The position numbers and the translations under genes are program-made. The notes beneath the pieces are model-generated. The model was not told where the DNA came from. It worked only from the letters and a program-made list of their open reading frames with translations, and did no database searches. Source: a candidate division FCPU426 bacterium (lineage in GTDB: Bacteria; Oederibacteriota; PGYV01; Palsa-1178). From it: a stretch of 43,110 nucleotides of DNA. Of this stretch, positions 26,048-34,179 are shown one piece after another; position 1 is the stretch's first letter; every line of letters begins with the position of its first letter. The DNA is taken from assembly GCA_003159495.1 (NCBI GenBank), contig PLPI01000093.1:5833-48942 (forward strand), read 5' to 3'.

Positions 26048-26842
26048 TCAAACCCGGGCGCGGGCCCCCGGGCGTGTTTTGGCCTTATGAGTACGCCGTT
26101 TTGCGCCATTCTTTTGCGCGCGTTTCTTTGGCTTTACGGAGGCCATGTTGCGGAACATCGCCGGCGTGAATCCGGTCTGCTTTTTAAACGCCCTGATGAA
26201 CGTTTCGGAATTGGCATAAGCCAGCCTGTCCGATATCTGGTTCACGTTGAATCCCTGCTTGAGGAATTCCCTGGCCTTTTTTATCTTGATTGACGTCTTA
26301 AAAACGGAAAATCCCGTCCCCGTATGCTCCTCGAACGCCCTGCTCAGGTAATTAGAGTTTAAACCCGCGTGGGAGGCCGCCTGCGCCAGGCTGACTTTCT
26401 TGTCAAAATTACGCTCTATGAATATTTTCACCCTCTCGATCTTTTCCTTTATATTATCAGTGCCGGTTATGCCTGCCGAGTCCTTCTCGCCGAGAAGCTT
26501 TGCTATTATTTCCCTTATCCCGTCAACATCGACTGGTTTTTCAATGTATTCATCCGCCCTGTTCTTCAGCGAGGTTATGGCAACATCCTTGGAACTGCTC
26601 CCGGTCAGCATTATTATTTTCAGCGAAGGGTTGATGGCCTTCATTTCCGCCAGCGCGTCGGTGCCCTTTAATCCGGGCATAAGTACGTCTAGCAGGACAA
26701 GATCCACGGTATTGGGTTTTTTGAGTATTTCAACGGCGGTTTCGCCGTCCCCGGCCTCGGTAGTCTCGTATTCGTCAAGGCATTCGCACAATCCGTGCCT
26801 GAATACGGAATCATCGTCGACAACAAGCAGGTGGTAAGACAT
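26048..26842 (-). CDS. Response regulator with C-terminal AraC HTH (YesN-like)
   Basis: LLVVDDD, DLVLLDVLMP, EYIEKP; LNSNYLSRAF...FIRAFKKQTGFTP. The GGAGG RBS favours ATG 26842 over the tracked start at 26905. Confidence 0.94.
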   Translation of the reverse strand: MSYHLLVVDDDSVFRHGLCECLDEYETTEAGDGETAVEILKKPNTVDLVLLDVLMPGLKGTDALAEMKAINPSLKIIMLTGSSSKDVAITSLKNRADEYIEKPVDVDGIREIIAKLLGEKDSAGITGTDNIKEKIERVKIFIERNFDKKVSLAQAASHAGLNSNYLSRAFEEHTGTGFSVFKTSIKIKKAREFLKQGFNVNQISDRLAYANSETFIRAFKKQTGFTPAMFRNMASVKPKKRAQKNGAKRRTHKAKTRPGARARV

Positions 26843-26933
26843 ATTTCCCTCCGTTTTTTGCCATGAAAATGTTTTTAAACCCGGCCAAAAAATATTATCA
26901 GGCAAGAGGGAAAATAAATCAAGCCCGTTTTTA

Positions 26934-27353
26934 TTAGACCGTCTTTATCCACTCGAGTATGCGCGACTTTATCTCCGATTTTATAACAGCTATATTTTCC
27001 AGTTTTTCCTCATCGGTCCCGGAGAGTCTGGACGGGTCGGGAAAAAACCAGTGGAGCCTCTGCGTGACGCCGGTAAAAACCGGACAGCGTTCCGCCGCCT
27101 CCCTGTCGCATACCGTAATCACGTAATCAAAGCTCCTGCCGCTTTTGTACATGTCAAAAACCGATTTTGTTTTATTGCCGGATATGTCGATGCCCTCCTG
27201 CCCCAGGCTTTTTACCACGAGCGGGTTCAATACGCCCGCTTCAATACCCGCGCTCTCCGCCTTAAACCTGTCCGGCGCGAGCGTATTCAGGTAAGCCTCG
27301 GCAATCTGGCTCCTTGCGCTGTTATGGATGCAGATGAAAAGTACGCTGATCAT
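26934..27353 (-). CDS. arsC: Arsenate reductase, LMW-PTPase/thioredoxin type
   Basis: P-loop [14 protein letters not shown]....RCP, HW.FPDP; ars operon context. Confidence 0.93.
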   Translation of the reverse strand: MISVLFICIHNSARSQIAEAYLNTLAPDRFKAESAGIEAGVLNPLVVKSLGQEGIDISGNKTKSVFDMYKSGRSFDYVITVCDREAAERCPVFTGVTQRLHWFFPDPSRLSGTDEEKLENIAVIKSEIKSRILEWIKTV

Positions 27354-28402
27354 AAACCCTCCTGTTTGAAAAGTATTTTTAATTTAAGGGCAGCGTTCAC
27401 TAAAAGTATGAGCACCGGCACTTCCACAAGCGGGCCTATGACTGTGGCGAAAGCCTGGCTGGAGCCGATGCCGAATATGGCGATGGCAACTGCAATGGCA
27501 AGCTCGAAATCGTTGCTGGCGGCGGTAAAGGAAACCGCCACGGTCTGCTTATAATCGGCGCCCGCGGCCTTTGCGATAAAAAATGTTGTGAACCACATGA
27601 ACGCAAAATATATAACCAGCGGCGCCGCCACTATGAGAACATCCGCCGGCTTTTTTATTATATACGCCCCCTTCAGGGAAAACATTACCACTATCATAAA
27701 AAGCAGGGCGATAAGCGTCAGCGGGCTGATTTTCGGGATAAAGACCGTTTCATACCACTGCGCCCCTTTGAGCTTTTGCAGTATGTTCCTGGTCAACATG
27801 CCGGCAAAAAAGGGTATTCCGAGATAGACAAGAACCGTCTTTGCCGATTCCCACATTGATATGGATATGTTTATTCCTTTTGCAAGGCCGAAAAAATTCA
27901 GCAGGAACGTTATAAAGAACCATATGTAAACCGCGTAAAAGAGCATCTGCGATACGGCGTTAAATGCCACGAGCCCGACGCCGAGCTCCCTGTCGCCTCC
28001 GGCCAGGTCGTTCCAGACTATGACCATGGCGATACAGCGGGCAAGCCCGACGAGTATTACCCCGATCATATACCCGGGATAATTGCGCAGGAACAAAACA
28101 GCCAGGCCAAACATTACAACCGGACCGACGACCCAGTTCTGGATAAGGGCAAGGATGAGCAGTTTTTTGTTATGGAATACCTTGTTCATTTTCTCGTATT
28201 TTACCTTTGCCAGCGGCGGGTACATCATAAGGATGAGCCCCACTGCTATGGGAACCGATGTGGCGCCCACATTAAACCTGCCGATAAAGCCGGAGGCCTG
28301 CGGCCAGAAATAGCCGATGGCAATGCCGGCCCCTATCGCCATGAATATCCACAGGGTAAGGAACCTGTCTGTAAACGAGAGTTTTTTTATTGTGGTTTCC
28401 AT
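27350..28402 (-). CDS. acr3: ACR3 family arsenite efflux transporter
   Basis: [54 protein letters not shown]; start taken at METT, just after the arsR stop. Confidence 0.96.
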   Translation of the reverse strand: METTIKKLSFTDRFLTLWIFMAIGAGIAIGYFWPQASGFIGRFNVGATSVPIAVGLILMMYPPLAKVKYEKMNKVFHNKKLLILALIQNWVVGPVVMFGLAVLFLRNYPGYMIGVILVGLARCIAMVIVWNDLAGGDRELGVGLVAFNAVSQMLFYAVYIWFFITFLLNFFGLAKGINISISMWESAKTVLVYLGIPFFAGMLTRNILQKLKGAQWYETVFIPKISPLTLIALLFMIVVMFSLKGAYIIKKPADVLIVAAPLVIYFAFMWFTTFFIAKAAGADYKQTVAVSFTAASNDFELAIAVAIAIFGIGSSQAFATVIGPLVEVPVLILLVNAALKLKILFKQEGL

Positions 28403-28404
28403 TT

Positions 28405-28773
28405 TTATCCCCTTTTGCGGACGGATTCGCATTGTTTTTTTGGACAAATACTTTTCTTCACGGCCTCTTTCGCCCTCTTTAATACACCGCCTAGCTTTTT
28501 ATCGGAGGTAGACATCGCTGCCACAAAACCTGCAACGGGGGCGTTATATCCGGTTTTCACCGCCGAATAGTGCATCCACAACCCATCCCTGCGATCCTTC
28601 ACAAGCCCGGAATTTTTCAGCACACCCAGGCTCCTGGAGGCGTGCGTCTGCGTTATATCAAGCGCCGCGGTAATGTCGCACACGCACAGCTCCTTCTGCC
28701 CGCAGAGCAGGCTGAACACAGCCAGCCTTACCGGGTCCCCCAGAGCCTTTAATAATTTTACGGTATCAGCCAA
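28405..28773 (-). CDS. arsR: ArsR/SmtB family metalloregulator
   Basis: [34 protein letters not shown]; TTG start with GGAGG RBS. Confidence 0.94.
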   Translation of the reverse strand: MADTVKLLKALGDPVRLAVFSLLCGQKELCVCDITAALDITQTHASRSLGVLKNSGLVKDRRDGLWMHYSAVKTGYNAPVAGFVAAMSTSDKKLGGVLKRAKEAVKKSICPKKQCESVRKRG

Positions 28774-28789
28774 AAAAGCACCTCCAAAG

Positions 28790-28834
28790 TATATTTATAT
28801 ATTCAAATATACAAATATAATAACCGTTTGTCAA
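28790..28834 (-). promoter_or_regulatory. ars promoter overlapped by an ArsR-type operator
   Basis: TTGACA (28834-28829), 17 bp, TATATT (28811-28806); 14-2-14 inverted repeat at 28790-28819 with one mismatch. Confidence 0.75.
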
Positions 28835-28891
28835 CCGGTATTTTTAAGGTGTAATGAAAATTATCCTGTGGCTACAGCAAACCGCGCCGGC

Positions 28892-29413
28892 TTATATTTT
28901 TGCAAGGGTCCCGGAAAAATCATTTTTCACCCCTGCAATGTCCAGCATAACGGATATGCCGCCGCGGTGATGGGCCTGATGGTTGAAGATCGTAAGCAAA
29001 AGCTTCCATGCGGCCGCCTCAACGGGCTCGCCCCTGTAATTGTTGTATTTGATTATAAAATCGAGGGTTTCCCCGTCAAGCTCGTCGACAAACGCGGATA
29101 TGACCGGGTCTAGCTGTTTCCTGTAATCAAGAAATTTTTCCAGGCCGCTTTCCGCCTCTTTTTTAATCCGGGCAGTATCATCCGAAAGCAGGAGCGTGGA
29201 TCCAAGCGCAATGCTCTCCGGAAAAGCCGTTTTAAACCTTTTGACCATGTTAATGTCGCTTATGAGTATATGCACGGCGGCGTCAAGTATTGTCGGAAAA
29301 TAAGCTCCGGTTTTAGCGGATAATTTTTCCGCCGGCATTTCGCGCAATATCCCGGCAAGTTCGAGGTTCACATTCGAGTTATAACAGGCAAGAGCGTGCA
29401 GTATGGTGTTCAT
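28892..29413 (-). CDS. DinB/YfiT family protein
   Basis: YN..VN, YFPTI....HIL.SD, IFNHQAHHRG; GGAGG RBS. Confidence 0.9.
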   Translation of the reverse strand: MNTILHALACYNSNVNLELAGILREMPAEKLSAKTGAYFPTILDAAVHILISDINMVKRFKTAFPESIALGSTLLLSDDTARIKKEAESGLEKFLDYRKQLDPVISAFVDELDGETLDFIIKYNNYRGEPVEAAAWKLLLTIFNHQAHHRGGISVMLDIAGVKNDFSGTLAKI

Positions 29414-29487
29414 GGTGCCTCCCGTGTAAATTTAAGTGCTTTTAATGATTATACAGGCAGGAACCCCTTGAGTCAATTGTTGTAAAG

Positions 29488-29706
29488 TTGGTGCTGTCGA
29501 AAAAACCCGCCAATGTTGCCAGATCCCGTGTATGTGGCATTTTTATCGGCCTTGCGCCGCTTATCTGATGGCCTCGAAAGAGGCCGTCTTTATTATACCG
29601 GGCGACATGCTTCGATAAACTCAGCATCCTGAGCCTGCCGAAGGAATCCGAGAAAAATGCCATATACACGGGATAAACCGTGCAACAGGTTTTTCGACAG
29701 CAACAA
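29488..29706. mobile_element. MITE-like structured repeat, copy 1 (with nested 37-bp insert)
   Basis: Outer IR TGCTGTCGAAAAA/TTTTTCGACAGCA; inner IR ATCCCGTGTATGTGGCATTTTT/AAAAATGCCATATACACGGGAT; colinear with 33964-34153. Confidence 0.75.
29608..29644. repeat. REP-like palindromic insert
   Basis: TGCTTCGATAAACTCAG-CATC-CTGAGCCTGCCGAAGG is present in copy 1 and precisely absent from copy 2. Confidence 0.75.
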
Positions 29707-29727
29707 AGTTATATATTTAAAGAGTGG

Positions 29728-29925
29728 TTACGCCGTAAATCCGTAACGGCTGCGGGGCTTTTTTATGAGGATGTGGCTTTCGCCGCATTGTTTGCAGGTA
29801 AATATTACCGTGAATTCGCAATGTTTCTTTTCCCACCGCGTGCTTCCGCAGTTGCATTTAAGCAGGTTGAAAAAATCCCCCTCCTGCCTTATCCGCCTGA
29901 AAATCCGCGCCAGAATTTGCTTCAT
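29728..29925 (-). CDS. Small basic Zn-ribbon-like hypothetical protein
   Basis: AGGAGGAG RBS; KCNCGS...FTCKQCGESH. Confidence 0.65.
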   Translation of the reverse strand: MKQILARIFRRIRQEGDFFNLLKCNCGSTRWEKKHCEFTVIFTCKQCGESHILIKKPRSRYGFTA

Positions 29926-30062
29926 AACACTCCTCCTGATGCCGCCCCACTCCCCAAAGATACTATCTTACACGCTATACAGATTATACTTAACGTTTCT
30001 CGTTTTGTCAAGTTTACCACGAAAACTAATAGTGTAAAGTGTTGTGTGTAAATTTTATTTAG

Positions 30063-30136
30063 AGGCCGGGGGGCTGATATAAGGGGTTAGGGATCGTTCT
30101 ATAGGGGTACAGAACGAAATTGAAACCCCCCGGCCT
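30063..30136. other. Nested inverted-repeat stem-loop
   Basis: AGGCCGGGGGG (30063-30073)/CCCCCCGGCCT (30126-30136) enclosing CGTTCT/AGAACG. Confidence 0.55.
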
Positions 30137-30143
30137 GGTCGTG

Positions 30144-30398
30144 TTAGTTTATACCCTTTTTCCGGAACATCTCAAGATATGTCATCATTTCACGCGAGAT
30201 GTTGTTTAATCTTTCGGCGGCGTTTAAAAAAACATTAACCGTTTCGCGCTCGTTTTCCTCTTTCATCAACCGCCGGAAAAAGGCCGATGTATTTTCGCCG
30301 CGTTGTTTAGACATCTTTTCCGCGAGATTCTTTCCTTCCATATCAACACGGATAAGAATTTTCTTTATTTTTCTGTGTGCCCGTGTCTTTTCACGCAA
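30144..30398 (-). CDS. Ribbon-helix-helix (CopG/MobC-like) DNA-binding protein
   Basis: KKILIRVD strand then helix-G-helix (AEKMSKQRGENTSAFFRRLM), followed by LNNISRE; GGAGG RBS with TTG start. Confidence 0.6.
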   Translation of the reverse strand: MREKTRAHRKIKKILIRVDMEGKNLAEKMSKQRGENTSAFFRRLMKEENERETVNVFLNAAERLNNISREMMTYLEMFRKKGIN

Positions 30399-30593
30399 TG
30401 TTTTGCCTCCGTAAATAAATTGGTAAAACTAAAAATAAAATCCAAATTTTTGTGCAACCGGCACACAGCAGAACTTCGCGTCTATTTTACATTTTAATCT
30501 TAATTCGTTCTCGTCTCAACCCTTTATAATATTATACTACTTGCGCCTTTCAGTAGTCAACAGAATTTAACGGGGATTGCATCATTATTGCTA

Positions 30594-30622
30594 TTGACTA
30601 TAAAATGATAAATTGTTATTAT
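30594..30622 (+). promoter_or_regulatory. Putative promoter of tRNA-Gln(CTG)
   Basis: TTGACT, 17 bp, TATTAT with an extended TGn. Confidence 0.6.
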
Positions 30623-30638
30623 TATAACGTTTTCAAGC

Positions 30639-30714
30639 TGCCGGGTCGTCTAATTGGTAGGACATCAGACTCTGACTCTGACGGTTGTAGGTTCGAGTCC
30701 TACCCCGGCAGCCA
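30639..30714 (+). tRNA. tRNA-Gln(CTG)
   Basis: Acceptor stem TGCCGGG/CCCGGCA; anticodon arm TCAGA-CTCTGAC-TCTGA; T-arm GTAGG-TTCGAGT-CCTAC; encoded CCA. Confidence 0.96.
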
Positions 30715-30761
30715 AATTTTTTCCTATCTCCTTAACCCTTAATTCTTTCCCTTATACAAGT

Positions 30762-33700
30762 CTATCGTATTATAACAAACTTCCCCATCTTGTTGTCTCC
30801 GGCCGCGTCTGTCAGCGCGTAAACATACAATCCCGATGAGAGCGTCTTTGCGTGCACAAGCCCCCTGATTTTCATGAAGAGCAGGCCGTCCGGAGTCGCT
30901 TCCGAATCCGAATATACCAGCCCTCCTGTCAGTGAATATACCTCAAGCCTTGTCGCCGAGGTCAGGCCGTAAAAATATACCCCGTCATTTTTTGCCGTCC
31001 TTGCGTCGTAATAAGAGGGGTAAACATACGCCTTATTCAGGTTGTTCTGCTTTCCTATGCCCTGCATTGGCGTAAAGGTCGGCGTTATAGTGGGCGTCAA
31101 TGTTATGGTCAGCGTATTTGTGACCGTATACGTCATGGAAACCGTTGTTGTTATCGTCGGCGTTATCGTATTTGTAATGGTCCTCGTGGGTGTAACCGTC
31201 TTTGTCCCGGTGGGCGTGTTTGTGGGCGTCCCGGCCGGCTGGTAAACGGCAATGTCGTCTACATTTATTGAAAAACTCTGCCCCTGCCCCGTAAAATCCC
31301 ACTGTATCGCTGTCACCGCGGAAAGGTCGAATGGTTTGGCCGAGGCGAAACCCGGCTGGGTCATTGCCGAGAACGGAATGTAATACTGCGTCCAGGCCGC
31401 GGGCGCGGTGAATGTGTACTGGTAATAGCCGCTGTCGGTTATGTTCGACGTCTGCACCTTGATGTCATAGCTCTTGCCGTCGCCTTTCACATACAGATAA
31501 AGGCCGGTGTAGTTGTATAAATTTGTAGACGGAAACCCGGTGCCCCATCCTATATAAACATAATTGCTCCCGGAATTGGTCCCCAGCGTGCCCGTGACCG
31601 CGTAGCTTCCTATGGGCGACAGCGGGCTTCCTCCGGCAACCTTTGAAGCCGAGGTTATAGCCGAACCCGTTCCGTATGAATCAGAGTATGAATACCACGT
31701 CCCTCCCCACAGGTTCGCGTTGGATGGTTCGTTCTCACAGTTGTCGATGATATTGAACTGCTGTGGTATCGGAGTGGGCGTAATTGTCGGCGTCTGGGTT
31801 ATCGTCCCGGTCGGCGATATGGTCGGTGTGATGGTAGGCGATGATCCGACCGGCACAAAATTCATAACCGATATCGAATATGCCGGGAACGTGAAAGAAA
31901 ATGACGACGCCGCAAAATTTATGTTTGAAGCCTGCGGCGCAAGGTCGGGGTCGGCGTATGAAGAGGGCGTTGAATCGAACCACTGGTAATTGTTTATATA
32001 ATACGGCGCGGACGCGGACGCGGCGAATGTGTAGAGGTCCGCCGACGGGTCCGGTGTGTATCCCGCGATATTTATCACCGCCTGATACGCGTTGGCGCTG
32101 TCCTTATTTACCACCATCACCGAGAGCTTTCCGTCCGACCTTTTATTTGCGTAAACAGGCAGGAGCGCCTGGTTCGATGATGCCGACACAAGCGTGTTGC
32201 CGTTGTCGTCGGCCACTCCAAAGAGGTTGTTGAATATGTACATGCCCCAGTAAGTGGCCCTCTGCTGGTACTGATACGCCCCGGTCTGCTGCCCTATTTC
32301 CAGGAATCCCTGGTCGTAATTGCCCGTGGAGGCGTTGTTGTTCATGACATCCCAAAGCGAAGCGTCGGCCCTTGTGCCGAAGGCTTTCGCGTATTCCCCT
32401 ATCCAGTTGACCATCCAGAGCGTCATGGGAAACTGCATCGCAAGCAGGGTGGCACCACCCGAGTTATGCTCCGACATGTAGACTTCCTTTGCCGTCGTGG
32501 AACCGTAATATTTTGTCTGCAGGTTGTCTATGAAAGACTTGTAATTGGATTCTCCGAACCAGTTGTTCGGCGTGTCAAGGGTCGTTGCCGCATCGGTATT
32601 TGACCAGTTCGCGTAAATATGAAAATCTATAACGTCCAAATCGGGAAGTTTTCCCGCAGCCTGTACGTTTTGAAGAAAGGTGTCTATATAGGACTGTCCG
32701 TCGTAGAGTTCGGAGTTAATCTGAATGGATGAAATTACCGGGCCGCATATTTTTATCGTCGGGTCGACAGCCTTCATTGCGTCGGCGAATTTTACGAACC
32801 TTGCCGCGTAATACTGCGCGTCCACGGGCCCGCCGGTCTCCCATGTGCCGTCCATTTCATTGCCCACCTGCCAGTATTTGATGCCGTACTTCTGAACAAT
32901 ATTGGCGTAATAAACCCACGCCGCGGCCTCTTCAGGCGTGCCTGTCCCGAAATTAACCGTACAGGCCGGGATAGCCTTGCCGCCCATTGAATTTATCAGC
33001 GTCATGTATGTTTCAAAGCCAAATGCCGGAGTCCATCCGTAGTTGCTGTTTTCAAGGTCGGTCGGCGACGCTATTATTGTGGTCTGCCCCATATCATTTT
33101 CATTTACGGTTACCCGCGTTGACCCGTTATATAGCATTATTTCATTCATTTTATAACCAACGCCGGAACTGGCGTGCATAAGAATCCTGAATACCTGTGC
33201 CGTTGTCGATGGAATTGCCCGGATATCCGTGCCTCCCGCTCCGTTTGTCACCGTTAAAATAGTGGTCCAGCTGCTTGTATTTGCCATGTGCGGCGCCCAG
33301 CCGTAATTGCCGTAATTGTTCCAGTACTGTATCTCGTAATTGACGGAGTAAGTATTGCCCCAGTAAATATTAACCTGGTTTACGGCCTTCGCCGACGGGA
33401 GCATCACAATAACATAAGCGTTCGTTGTGGCGCCGGCCGCGGTGATGGTATCGGATACCCACTGATTGGCGCTTGACGTGTCGCCGTCAGCCAGGACGCT
33501 TGGATTCCCATAGCTTGAGGTTGTTCCCCTGCGAAGCAGGTTGGCCTGGAACCCGGGAGCGTAAACAGTCTGGCTCGGATGCCAGATATTATTCGCGTCA
33601 TATGAACCGTTGCCGTTCCAGTGATAATTGTCGGAATTCGATCCGCCCGGAAAACGGAGAAGATAGCTTCCCGCTGCGTTTATTTTGGCGGTATTTGCCG

Positions 33701-33866
33701 TATATGCGGCGGGAGCAATCCAGTAGCCCAGGTTGTTGCCCAGAAGCATCCTGTAATGATAAGGATTAACCACAGTGGAATAGTCTACATTAATGGCAGC
33801 AGGCGTGGAAAACGCCGCAATGGAAAATAAAAAATAAACCAATATTAAGGCTGATTTTTTAATCAT
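30762..33866 (-). CDS. Secreted clan GH-A hydrolase (GH44/GH51/GH79-like) with inserted discoidin/CBM32-like domain, CBM11/CIA30-like domain, Thr linker and C-terminal sorting domain
   Basis: LRFPGGSNSDNYHW, YWQVGNEMDG, DFHIY, YMSEHN; DGDTSS..W.SD...VNIYW...YSVNYEIQ (discoidin); IDNCE..WGGTWYSYSD...WTQYYIPFS (CBM11-like). Confidence 0.85.
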   Translation of the reverse strand: MIKKSALILVYFLFSIAAFSTPAAINVDYSTVVNPYHYRMLLGNNLGYWIAPAAYTANTAKINAAGSYLLRFPGGSNSDNYHWNGNGSYDANNIWHPSQTVYAPGFQANLLRRGTTSSYGNPSVLADGDTSSANQWVSDTITAAGATTNAYVIVMLPSAKAVNQVNIYWGNTYSVNYEIQYWNNYGNYGWAPHMANTSSWTTILTVTNGAGGTDIRAIPSTTAQVFRILMHASSGVGYKMNEIMLYNGSTRVTVNENDMGQTTIIASPTDLENSNYGWTPAFGFETYMTLINSMGGKAIPACTVNFGTGTPEEAAAWVYYANIVQKYGIKYWQVGNEMDGTWETGGPVDAQYYAARFVKFADAMKAVDPTIKICGPVISSIQINSELYDGQSYIDTFLQNVQAAGKLPDLDVIDFHIYANWSNTDAATTLDTPNNWFGESNYKSFIDNLQTKYYGSTTAKEVYMSEHNSGGATLLAMQFPMTLWMVNWIGEYAKAFGTRADASLWDVMNNNASTGNYDQGFLEIGQQTGAYQYQQRATYWGMYIFNNLFGVADDNGNTLVSASSNQALLPVYANKRSDGKLSVMVVNKDSANAYQAVINIAGYTPDPSADLYTFAASASAPYYINNYQWFDSTPSSYADPDLAPQASNINFAASSFSFTFPAYSISVMNFVPVGSSPTITPTISPTGTITQTPTITPTPIPQQFNIIDNCENEPSNANLWGGTWYSYSDSYGTGSAITSASKVAGGSPLSPIGSYAVTGTLGTNSGSNYVYIGWGTGFPSTNLYNYTGLYLYVKGDGKSYDIKVQTSNITDSGYYQYTFTAPAAWTQYYIPFSAMTQPGFASAKPFDLSAVTAIQWDFTGQGQSFSINVDDIAVYQPAGTPTNTPTGTKTVTPTRTITNTITPTITTTVSMTYTVTNTLTITLTPTITPTFTPMQGIGKQNNLNKAYVYPSYYDARTAKNDGVYFYGLTSATRLEVYSLTGGLVYSDSEATPDGLLFMKIRGLVHAKTLSSGLYVYALTDAAGDNKMGKFVIIR

Positions 33867-33963
33867 GCTTTAAACTCCTTTAATTAAGATAAAACGACCG
33901 TTTATTATATCACATACCCGGCAAACAGCGGTATCAATATGAATTATAACGGATAAAAAAGAT

Positions 33964-34153
33964 ACCGGTGGTGCTGGCGGAAAATCCCGCCAATGTAACC
34001 CGATCCCGGGTATATGACATTTTTATTGGCCTTGCGCCGCTCATATGATGGACTCGCAAGAGGCCATCTTTATTATACCGGGCGACAAATCCAATAAAAA
34101 TGTCATATACCCGGGATAAAACTTGTAATGGGTTTTCCGCCAGCACCACCGGT
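33964..34153. mobile_element. MITE-like structured repeat, copy 2 (190 bp)
   Basis: Perfect 21-bp terminal IR ACCGGTGGTGCTGGCGGAAAA; perfect 27-bp inner IR (34003-34029/34091-34117); central GNRA hairpin. Confidence 0.8.
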
Positions 34154-34179
34154 TGCGTTGTTTTTTATGCGCCGCCTGA

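Noticed and set aside
29442-29669. Apparently paralogous short ORFs 29442-29669 and 33934-34149 (VARYNKDGL...SGARPIKM)
   Set aside because: The similarity comes from the non-coding repeat. The 37-bp indel shifts the frame, the starts differ, and the substitutions preserve base pairing rather than codons.
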